From: Thecamonas trahens ATCC 50062 | Lineage: Eukaryota > Protista > Apusomonadida | Direction of reading: 5' to 3' | NCBI RefSeq assembly: GCF_000142905.1 | Contig: NW_013657639.1 | Span: 57,246-121,245, forward strand | DNA length: 64,000 bases | Shown: positions 55,757 to 64,000 of the stretch, piece after piece | Numbering within the stretch: position 1 is the stretch's first letter | Layout of the letters: each line of letters opens with the position of its first letter | Notes under the pieces: generated by a model | Told to the model about the DNA's origin: nothing | Database searches by the model: none | Seen by the model: the letters and a program-made list of their open reading frames with translations, nothing else | Made by a program: the position numbers and the translations under genes

Positions 55757-58099
55757 CTACCTTGGAGGTGACAAGAGACCCAGGCTCTTGATCTTGTGCT
55801 GCGGAGAGTAGCGTGAGGTCAGCGGAACGCGCGAACGGGGCATCCGCGACGACGACTGGGTCGTGGTGCTCACGGTGGAGGCGGCAAAGGCCGATGAGAC
55901 GCGTGAGGCTATAGCCGAAACTGGGACCCGATACTTTCGGCTGGTGGCGGCTCCGGTGCCCGATCGGGAGGTTCCGGTCGGGTACGGCCGATCGAGCCGC
56001 TCCTCGAGGAGTTTGGACCGCGACGGCGGCTCAAAGACAGTGCGAGCAGTCCCGCCGGACGTGTGCGGCCTGCTGCGGGATGTGCGCGTGCGTGCGGCGC
56101 TGGACGCCGCCACCGACGATCGAGCTTGCGGCGGATCCCATGACGGCAGCGCCCGTGTGCGGTTGCCAAGGGCGCCGTATGCATTGGCCACTCCCTTGGA
56201 GTCTGACGAGGCCGCAACGTGTCGCGGCTGGGTGAACGCTGTGGTCAGGTCGCGCGCACCCCGAAAGTGCGCATCGGTCTCGGCCTGCTTGATCAGCGCC
56301 GGCGACTTGAAAGCTGAGACCAGCGCGCGCTTGACCGGCGACGACGTCCGCGCCCGCTGCGGCGCCGCCGAGCTCGCTGGCCGCGACGACATGATGCCGC
56401 CACCGAGCTTGCCACCGATCACCGACCGCTTTTTGATCTTGACAGTCTCTGCGGCAAACGGGCCCGAGTCGAGCTTGCGCAGAAAGTCGTTGTGAAGTTT
56501 GGCGAGGTCAGACTCTGTCGACCGCGCCGTCTTGGCGCCGTCGGCCCGTGAGACCCCAAGCGCGGCGTTAACGGCGTCAAACAGCGGCGGCGGAGCCGGA
56601 GGCATAAGCCCACTACTGGTCTGCGGACGGCCCCCGGCAGCAAGCTGGGCCCGGATCCGGGCCTGGTACGTCGGCGGTGGTGGTGGTGCACCACCAACAC
56701 CTGGACGAGCCTGACTCGGTCGCCGCGACGAGCGGGTTGTCACAGTTCGCGGCTGCGGTGCAATCACCGGCGGCGCAAAGCCGAGCGTGGATGAGACCGT
56801 GGCGCGCGCAGTAGCCGCCGGTGCCGGCGGCGCCGACGACGCCTTCTCGCCCGCACGATCAAATACCGAAGGCAGCGACGTAAGAAGATTCGGGGCTTTG
56901 AACACATCGGTCCGGGTCTTGGTCTCTTTTTGAAGCTCAGCGCTCCAGGATGCAACAAGCTCCGATGCTGATGGCTGGCCGCGGCTTGCCACAGACGCCG
57001 TCACGCTCGGCGCCGGCCGCATGTTGGGCATCCGTTGGCGTGTCTTGCCCGATGGTGAGAACGCCAGCCGCGGCTCGTCGCGGTAGACCCTTTCCCGCCG
57101 CGCTGGCGACGACGCCTGGCTCCTGGCCTCGGCCTTGGCCAGCGCTGCCACCGTCGAGCCGCCGGTACCCTCGTTGGCCGGCGGATGGAGAAGGCCTGAG
57201 CGCGGAAGCTGGAAGAGCGAGGCTGATTCGGACTCGGAGGCCTTGCCGCGCGCCCGTGCCTTGTCGAGCTTGCGGGGCTGGCCCGAGCTGTCGACGCGTG
57301 CGGTGCCAAAGGTCGGTGGGGCGTGGACCATGGCGAGGTGCTTGGGAGGGGCGGGAAGGTGCTTCGGCCCAACCTTGCGGGCGTACGGATCGCCGAGCTG
57401 GGCCTCCTTGGGCGTATCGAGAGTGTCTGTAGCCGCCTTGGCCTTGGCCGATCCGTCGAGCCGCATCGACGTCGCCCGGGTCTCGGTCACCAACGACGGG
57501 CGGAGCATGGGCACAACCGGCGGCGACGGCGGGCGCTGATCCGGCCGCAGCACCGTCCGCGGATGCCGCCGCAACGAGATTCCGGTTTCAGAGGCAGCTG
57601 ACTCGAGCAGCGGTGCCTTGGGCGCCGGCGATGGCGCAGCTGGCCGCTGGGCGAGGCCGCGCTCGGCCTCCCGGAGCTTATTCAGCTTCTCCTCAAACGC
57701 CTTGAACTTTGACGAAGGCGGCGAGTACGCCACCGAGTTGTGGAGCAAAGACGACGGCGGGCGTGGCGGCGACTCGCCACCGCCGTTGATGGCGGAGATG
57801 GAGGCGACCGACGGGAGATCAAAGAGTGAAACCGAGTCGTCGCGGGTGGTCTTGCCCGTGGCCCTGCCACCGCCTCGGCGGGCTGCCGCCGGCAGCTGCT
57901 CACCGAGAAACGAGACCGATGCGTTCTCGTCACCACCAACATGCTCGCTGAACAGATCACTGTTACTAGCAGATGCTAGACTGGCTGCTGACGGTGAGCT
58001 CCGGCGTGTTGCCGCCAGGCTCGCCGACGACGATGCTGGGGTGTGGTGGGCGGCGAGGACGGGCGAGGCCAGGAAGTCCATGGACGGCTCGGACTCCAT
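55757..58099 (-). CDS. Hypothetical Ser/Pro/Arg-rich disordered protein
   Basis: Long ORF with coding-like composition and no recognisable domain. First ATG is at 58099; it may extend upstream to ~58300 via a frame break. Confidence 0.6.
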   Translation of the reverse strand: MESEPSMDFLASPVLAAHHTPASSSASLAATRRSSPSAASLASASNSDLFSEHVGGDENASVSFLGEQLPAAARRGGGRATGKTTRDDSVSLFDLPSVASISAINGGGESPPRPPSSLLHNSVAYSPPSSKFKAFEEKLNKLREAERGLAQRPAAPSPAPKAPLLESAASETGISLRRHPRTVLRPDQRPPSPPVVPMLRPSLVTETRATSMRLDGSAKAKAATDTLDTPKEAQLGDPYARKVGPKHLPAPPKHLAMVHAPPTFGTARVDSSGQPRKLDKARARGKASESESASLFQLPRSGLLHPPANEGTGGSTVAALAKAEARSQASSPARRERVYRDEPRLAFSPSGKTRQRMPNMRPAPSVTASVASRGQPSASELVASWSAELQKETKTRTDVFKAPNLLTSLPSVFDRAGEKASSAPPAPAATARATVSSTLGFAPPVIAPQPRTVTTRSSRRPSQARPGVGGAPPPPPTYQARIRAQLAAGGRPQTSSGLMPPAPPPLFDAVNAALGVSRADGAKTARSTESDLAKLHNDFLRKLDSGPFAAETVKIKKRSVIGGKLGGGIMSSRPASSAAPQRARTSSPVKRALVSAFKSPALIKQAETDAHFRGARDLTTAFTQPRHVAASSDSKGVANAYGALGNRTRALPSWDPPQARSSVAASSAARTRTSRSRPHTSGGTARTVFEPPSRSKLLEERLDRPYPTGTSRSGTGAATSRKYRVPVSAIASRVSSAFAASTVSTTTQSSSRMPRSRVPLTSRYSPQHKIKSLGLLSPPR

Positions 58100-58681
58100 G
58101 ACACAGTCGAGGTAAAAGGTGGAGGGGGAGTAAGGATCAGACCTCCTGGGAATGTGCTGTGCCCAGCCGGTGGCTGCTCCAGTGAGGTGTGCCCGCGTGT
58201 CCCTCCCCGCTGCCGTGTGAGTGGCTGTGGCTGTGGCTGCTGTGGCTGCCAACTCGCGCGCGCCCTTGCCTCCTCAACCGAATCCATTGTGGCAGACATG
58301 GCGTTTATGGTTGGCGGACAAAACATTTAAACATTTCAAATTTTGTGGCTGTGGAGGCATTTGCGCGCGCGAACGACTGGCGTTCGCAGTTGATTGAAAG
58401 GTGACTTTGCAGGAGAGCGCATTTGGCGGGGAGGGGGGGGGGGAAGGCTGGGAAGGGCGGGAAGACGGCTTGGTGGGTATGGGCATACACCGCACTGGGT
58501 AGCAACCAGGAAGCGGAAGGAGGAAACAGAGCAAGGACAGCTCCGGCCGTACCACTTTGAGGTTCAGGCTCAGGCTGCGTGTGCGAGTGCGAGTGCGAGT
58601 GTGAGTGCGTGTGCGTGTGCGTGTGCGCTGTGGTGTTGACGGCTATCGACCGAGCGAGTGCGCGCGAGACCGACGAACAAG

Positions 58682-61600
58682 ATGCGGCGGCAGACGCGAT
58701 CAATGGTGGACAAGGAGAATGCAGGTGCTGGACGTGCGGGAACCGCGGGCAGGGTTCCGCTCTCGGCCCGGCTTAAGCAGCGTGGCCTCGGCGGCGGGCT
58801 GAGCCACACCAACACCTCTGGCGGCGGGGCGGGCGGGAGCGGACTGGGAACGTTGTCGGGGAGGATGGCGGCCAAGAAGGCGCTGGGCGTCCGCGGGGAG
58901 GGAGGCAAGGGGGTTGGGGGATCGGCTGAGGCTGGCGGGGCTGCGGCAGCGCCGGCCGAGCTGGCCTTTCTCCGGCCCAAGGTGCGGACGACGACGCAGA
59001 CGTACAAGGCGCGGATGGAGCGCGTCGAGGCGGTGGAGGCTGCACCGCAGGCGCCACAGCCGTGGCTCAAGCTGGTGGCGTACGAACAGACCAAGCCCCG
59101 GCACCGGTCGGCCATCACCCGCAACCGGTTTATGGAGCGGATTCTGGTACGCGCGACCGAGTCGATCGACCTAGCGGTGTACGCCAAGGATCCTGACACG
59201 CTCAAGCTTTGGCACATCTACCTCGACCAAGTGGTGGAGACGGCGACGCTGGAGACGCGGGCCGATGCTCTTGCGCGAGTCCGCGACGCGCTCAACTATA
59301 TGAAGAACCAGTCGATTGGGACGGATGCTGCCACGTTTTACGTGTACTGGGCCGAGTTTGAGACTCAGCACGGGGGCGACGTTCCAGCGGCGCGGCAGAT
59401 CTTGCTCCGCGGGCAGGCTCGTGGCGCCGAGCCGCTTGCTGAAGTCAACGCGGCGCTCAACGCGCTGCCGCCGTGCCTGGACGACAACGTGCGGCTCGGG
59501 CTTGCCGGCGACGACATCTCGGACGACGAAGACCTCATTCCATCGTCGCTGCGGCGATCGTCGCGGACGGCGTCGTCGTCAGAAAGCGGCTCGCCGGGGA
59601 AGGCGCAGGGCGCAGGCGGACGGGCCGATGCCGACGACGACCTGGAGGCGACGACCAACTTTAGCGCACCGACGCCGGCCGGCGGCGAGGACGGCGGCGA
59701 GACGCTCTCGTTTAAGGATATGGACATTGTGGAGATTATCAAGCCGCAGGTCAAGGCCGAGCTGGAAGAACTAGAGGCCGAGTCCAAGGGCGGCAACACG
59801 GCGGGCAACTCGACCAAATTTGAGTTCCGGCCGGACGACTTTGTCATTCCGCCGTTCCGCGGCACGACGGCCGAGATCAAGGCGGCAGATGCGGCGGCGG
59901 CGAGTGCGGCAGTGGCGGCCGAGAACCGGGCGCGGGCTGCAGCTGATGAAGGTGAGTCTGAAGCGACGGCTACGGCGGATGCCGACGACACGACGATTGC
60001 GGGCGGGCCGCCAGCGGCGCCGCCGTCTGCGGCCAAGAAGACGCCGCGGCGGCGTCGCGAGCTGACGCCGGCAGCGCTGACTGAGCTCCGCAAGCGGCAG
60101 CTGGGCTCGCCGGCAGCGTCGCCGCGGGCGGTCAAGCGAAGCAAGCCGCTCGACAGCGGCTCGCCGTCTGTCGAGTCCGAGTCGTCCGAGGGCTCGCCGC
60201 CAGCAGGGGCGGCGGCGACGCCTGCGCGGGCGACGCCTGCGCGAGCGACGCCTGCGCGGGCACCGCTCCAGGCACTGGTGGCGACAAACTCAGCGCAGGA
60301 CATCGAGTCGACGCCGGTGGCGAACACGCAAAGCGCATCGCGGGTGATGGCGACGGTCTCGCTCTCGGGCCCGCGGCCGAGCGGGAGCGTGAGCGGGAAC
60401 GGAACGCCCGGGGTTGCAGCAGCGCCGCGGTCTGCGGGTGGGGCGAGCAGCGGCGCCGGGCCGCGGTCTGCGCCGCGTGGGAGCGCGGGCAGCAGCAATG
60501 CGCTCGGCGTGCCTGCAGGCAACTGCTTTGTGATCAATGGGCGTTCTTTTGTCAAGCTGGAGATTGTGGGCAAGGGCGGGTCGTCCAAGGTGTACAAGGT
60601 CATGGCGCCGAACCGCAAGATCTACGCGTGCAAGCGAATCAAGTTCCGCGGCGAGTCGCAGGAGACGATCGAGAGCTACGTCAATGAGATCACGTTGCTG
60701 AAGCGGCTGCAGGGTCACGACAACATCATCAACTTGCTCGACTCTGAGGTCAAGGTCAAGGAGAACGAGATCTACCTGATCATGGAGTACGGCGAGACGG
60801 ACTTGTCGTCGCTCCTCAAGCGGCAGCGGGCGTCATCGGCGTCGGGGCGAGTCGACGACAACTTTGTGCGATTTTACTGGCAGCAGATGCTGCAGGCCGT
60901 CCACACCATCCACGAGGAGCGGATTGTGCACGGTGACCTCAAGCCAGCCAACTTTCTGCTCGTCGACGGCCAGCTGAAGCTCATCGACTTTGGCATTGCC
61001 AAGGCCATCTCGAACGACACGACCAACATTGTCCGCGACAACCAGATCGGGACGCTCAACTACATGTCGCCCGAGGCTATCCTCGACACCAACTCGGCGA
61101 GCGGGTGCGGCGCGGGCGGGATGAAGATGAAGCTCGGGCGTGCGTCGGACATCTGGTCGCTCGGGTGCATTCTGTACCAGATGGTGTACGGCGAGTGCCC
61201 GTTTGCAGGCCTCAACGTGGTGCAGAAGCTGCAGGCCATCATCAATCCCAACTACACCATCAAGTACCCCGAGACCTCGGTGACGCCTGCGCTCGTTGAC
61301 CTTGTGGCGTCGTGCCTTCGGCGCGATCCCAAGGAGCGGCTCTCGATTCCGCAGCTGCTGGACCACGCGTTTGTGCGCCCGGTCCCGCTCACCCGGGCCT
61401 CGCTCTCGGCGGTTGTGGAGGCAGTCCTGCGCTCGGGCGCCGATCTGCGCCACTCCAAGTCGGTGGCGCACCTGGCGTGGTCCGCGCTCGAGGCGGCCGG
61501 CTCCTCGCTCAACGAGCTCAACACCCGGCTCGGCGCACTGGCCGAGGTGGCCAAGCCTGCCGAGCCGCGGGCGAGTGCGGCGCCTGCTACCGCAGGTGCC

Positions 61601-61840
61601 GCGCTGAGCGCGTCCGCCTCGGGCCCGCCGGTTGTCCTCGACACGACCGCTATCGGCGCCCAGCGGGCGGCACTCCAGCCGCTGGCCACCTCGTCGTCTG
61701 CGCGTTGGATGAAGAGCGGCGCGTCCGGCGAGCCGGCCTCGCTTGAGTCGGTCCTCAAGGCCGGCCTGCAGCGGATGGGCAAGGCCGCCATGGAGGGCGG
61801 CGACACGACGGCCGACTTCACCTGGCAGTCGGAGGCGTGA
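58682..61840 (+). CDS. MPS1: Mps1/TTK spindle-checkpoint kinase with N-terminal Bub1/Mad3-like TPR
   Basis: VGKGGSSKVYKV, HGDLKPANFLLV, KLIDFGIAKAISNDTTNIVRDNQIGTLNYMSPEA, KLGRASDIWSLGCILYQMVYG. TPR segment YMKNQSIG..AATFYVYWAEFE. Confidence 0.95.
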   Translation: MRRQTRSMVDKENAGAGRAGTAGRVPLSARLKQRGLGGGLSHTNTSGGGAGGSGLGTLSGRMAAKKALGVRGEGGKGVGGSAEAGGAAAAPAELAFLRPKVRTTTQTYKARMERVEAVEAAPQAPQPWLKLVAYEQTKPRHRSAITRNRFMERILVRATESIDLAVYAKDPDTLKLWHIYLDQVVETATLETRADALARVRDALNYMKNQSIGTDAATFYVYWAEFETQHGGDVPAARQILLRGQARGAEPLAEVNAALNALPPCLDDNVRLGLAGDDISDDEDLIPSSLRRSSRTASSSESGSPGKAQGAGGRADADDDLEATTNFSAPTPAGGEDGGETLSFKDMDIVEIIKPQVKAELEELEAESKGGNTAGNSTKFEFRPDDFVIPPFRGTTAEIKAADAAAASAAVAAENRARAAADEGESEATATADADDTTIAGGPPAAPPSAAKKTPRRRRELTPAALTELRKRQLGSPAASPRAVKRSKPLDSGSPSVESESSEGSPPAGAAATPARATPARATPARAPLQALVATNSAQDIESTPVANTQSASRVMATVSLSGPRPSGSVSGNGTPGVAAAPRSAGGASSGAGPRSAPRGSAGSSNALGVPAGNCFVINGRSFVKLEIVGKGGSSKVYKVMAPNRKIYACKRIKFRGESQETIESYVNEITLLKRLQGHDNIINLLDSEVKVKENEIYLIMEYGETDLSSLLKRQRASSASGRVDDNFVRFYWQQMLQAVHTIHEERIVHGDLKPANFLLVDGQLKLIDFGIAKAISNDTTNIVRDNQIGTLNYMSPEAILDTNSASGCGAGGMKMKLGRASDIWSLGCILYQMVYGECPFAGLNVVQKLQAIINPNYTIKYPETSVTPALVDLVASCLRRDPKERLSIPQLLDHAFVRPVPLTRASLSAVVEAVLRSGADLRHSKSVAHLAWSALEAAGSSLNELNTRLGALAEVAKPAEPRASAAPATAGAALSASASGPPVVLDTTAIGAQRAALQPLATSSSARWMKSGASGEPASLESVLKAGLQRMGKAAMEGGDTTADFTWQSEA

Positions 61841-61880
61841 GCCATGTAAACTTGACGACATCGACACAGCAGACGGCCGA

Positions 61881-62405
61881 CTAGCCATCGTCGGCGACGG
61901 CCGGCGGCGGGCCAGCCTCGCCCGGCTCAGAGTCGTCCATGCCGAGGAGGGCGCGGACACGGGCGCTGGCTGAGGCGACGGCCGACGAGACGCCCGGACG
62001 GGCGACGTCGTGGATGTACGTCTTGAGCTCGGCGAGGTTGGAGACGCCTGTGGCGGCCGAGGCGGCGGCGACGGTGGAGCCGACGAGAGCAAAGGCAAGG
62101 AGCGAGCCACCGGCGAGGGCACCAAGCGCCAGCCGGGCGCTAGCCGCCCGCGACAGCGGCGGCATGTGCTCCGCGATATGCGGCGAGCGCCGCTTGGTCA
62201 GGTCGCTCAGGTCGGCCGGAGCCAGTGAGGCGGGATGGCCGGCGGCGGAGGCGGCGGCCGAGGCGGCGGCCGGTGGGGGCTTGGACGACGAGCCCGAGCG
62301 AATGAGCCCGATGCCGACGCCCACAGTGAACGAAATGGCACCGGCGCCGGCCAGTGGAGCCGCGATGGAGCTGAGGCTGAGGTCGTCCGGTAGTGATGCG
62401 GCCAT
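61881..62405 (-). CDS. TMEM242/DUF1358-like mitochondrial membrane protein
   Basis: Two hydrophobic segments; LALGALAGGSLLAF...ATGVSNLAELK resembles the LALRALGWGSL...GV.S..EF pattern. Confidence 0.6.
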   Translation of the reverse strand: MAASLPDDLSLSSIAAPLAGAGAISFTVGVGIGLIRSGSSSKPPPAAASAAASAAGHPASLAPADLSDLTKRRSPHIAEHMPPLSRAASARLALGALAGGSLLAFALVGSTVAAASAATGVSNLAELKTYIHDVARPGVSSAVASASARVRALLGMDDSEPGEAGPPPAVADDG

Positions 62406-62655
62406 AGGAGGGGAGGGGCGGGAGGGGGTGGGCGAGTTGAGTGGTCGAAGCTGTGCTGCTCAGGAATGCGATGTCGCATGCTGTGGGCAGCAACCCTAGG
62501 GGAGGGTGTGGCAACTCTATCGGAGGGTGTGTGGAGTTTGTGGTGTGTGGGGTGTGTGTGTATGGGGATGTTGTTTGTTGTGAGTGGCGTAGTGGCTTGT
62601 ACGGATGGTGATGGTGATGGTGATGATGATGATCGGTACCCCTTCGATTCCTGTC

Positions 62656-62768
62656 GTCCGCCATCGTCCGCCATCGTCCGCCATTGCTCGCCACCATCCG
62701 CCACCATCTGCCACCATCTGCCATCATCCGCCACCATCCGCCATCGTTCGCCATCGTTCGCCATCGTT
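62656..62768. repeat. 10-bp tandem repeat (CCGCCATCGT/CCACCATCYG) in divergent spacer
   Basis: Directly visible, about 11 units. Confidence 0.9.
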
Positions 62769-62823
62769 GCCTTCCCCCCCCCCCCCCCAGCACTGGCCCG
62801 TCACACCCCTCTGCATCCCAACT

Positions 62824-63913
62824 ATGTCGGGCCGCTTCTCGTTCAACATTGTCAAGACCCTCACCGGGCCCGCTGCGCCGTTTGTGGCCGGCTTTGCCGC
62901 CACCTTTGCCCTCGTCCTCGCCATGCCCATCTCCGGTACGTTCCATCCTCTGCCCAAGCCCATGCTCAGCCACCCTGTCACCAGCGTGTGATGGCCGCCT
63001 TCCCGCAGCAGAGGCTAGCAACCTAGCCTGGACGCATGCCGTCCCCCCCTCCCTCCCCACTCTGCACAGAACATGGACCCCCACCCCTCCACCCCCACAC
63101 CGAATCCCATCCCCATGCCCCATCCCATGGGCCTGGTAGAGCCCTCCCTCTCCCCTCCTCGGCCCGGCTCAATTTTTTGGACGGGCGCGACACGGCCCCC
63201 CCTCCCCCCTCCCCCACCCGCAGCCATCCCGCACCCATGCTGCCACAGGGCCTGGCGGTGGCCGTCCGCAGCGGGAGGGACTTGGCTGGCGCTTGCTCTC
63301 TATGTGCGTGGAGGCAGTGCTGAGAATGCGATGGATGCCGAAGGAGTTGGATGGTCCCATGGTCGGTGCATGGGAAGGAAGGGCGAGGGGGAGGACCGGG
63401 GGACCAAGGAGCAAGGCGCAAGCAGCTGCTGAGGGCGGGGAGAGGGGATGGGGAGAGAATGGAGGGGAGAGAGGGGGGATGGTGAGGGTGGTGATGGTGG
63501 TGGGCTACGACTGCTGCTGTCTATGCCCGCCATATTCCACCCCCTCCCCTCCCCCTCTCCAACTCATCCTCCCTCCCCTCCCTCCCTTCTCCCTCCCCTT
63601 CTCCTCCCCTCTCCTCCCCTCCCCTTCTCCTCCCCTTCTCCTCCCCTTCTCCTCCTCTCCCCTTCTCCTCTCCCCCCTTCCACCTCCCCATCCCATCGAC
63701 TCGACTCACCGCCTTCCCCTCCCGCCCCTCTTTCCACGCCCACAGAGGAGGACCGCCGCATGTCCAGTACGAACCCCTCCCCGTCCCCCTCTCTCCTCCC
63801 TCTCTCCCCTCCTCCCTCTCTCCCCTCCCCCCCTCCCCACCTCCCCCCACTCACCACCCCCCTCCCTCCCTCCAGAGTTCGACCCCGCCCCTGGCGCGTC
63901 CCATGGCCACTAA
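62824..63913 (+). CDS. Mitochondrial ATP synthase small subunit i/j-like (56 aa); exons 62824-62935, 63746-63766, 63876-63913
   Basis: Spliced MSGRFSFNIVKTLTGPAAPFVAGFAATFALVLAMPISEEDRRMSKFDPAPGASHGH*. Both introns are GTACG..CAG and phase 1. The PF..GFA...EED...SKF pattern matches Atp18/plant 6-kDa subunits. Confidence 0.7.
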
Positions 63914-63915
63914 AC

Positions 63916-64000
63916 CCATTCCCCCATTCCCCCCATTCATTCCCCCCATTCATTCCCCCCATTCCCCCCATTCCCCCATCCCCCCATTCCCCCAATTCCC
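63916..64000. repeat. ATTCCCCC low-complexity repeat
   Basis: Directly visible. Confidence 0.85.

Noticed and set aside
63240-63430. TPP riboswitch, SRP or RNase P/MRP RNA in the intron
   Set aside because: Isolated words such as CTGAGA are present, but the conserved order and cores are absent.

Overview
This is GC-rich, gene-dense, intron-poor eukaryotic nuclear DNA from a draft assembly with three N gaps. The style is consistent with a protist such as an apusomonad (Thecamonas-like), but that is an inference. About 26 protein-coding genes can be read. Recognisable housekeeping genes are RPS27, POP1, PLAA/DOA1, ATG5, riboflavin kinase, IDI1, MPS1/TTK, a LOG-family enzyme, an NhaC antiporter, a TMEM242-like protein, a CBP4-like protein and a three-exon ATP synthase i/j-like subunit. 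Unusual architectures include: an F-box + ZZ-finger + carboxylic-acid-reductase (A-T-R) fusion; a tandem pair of membrane-anchored histidine-brace (LPMO-like) proteins visible only after splicing; a dead kinesin motor fused to CCDC78; a CH-CH/pseudo-cyclase protein; a ~2540-aa EGF/PSI/Kelch/IPT/Cys-rich multipass receptor; and a 4-kb modular coiled-coil repeat. Several genes are broken at sites that each need one extra base. This is most likely sequencing under-call, but it is testable. Intron donors are mostly GTACG. No rRNA, tRNA, CRISPR array or transposon is supported. All family assignments come from motif recognition by eye, not from database searches.
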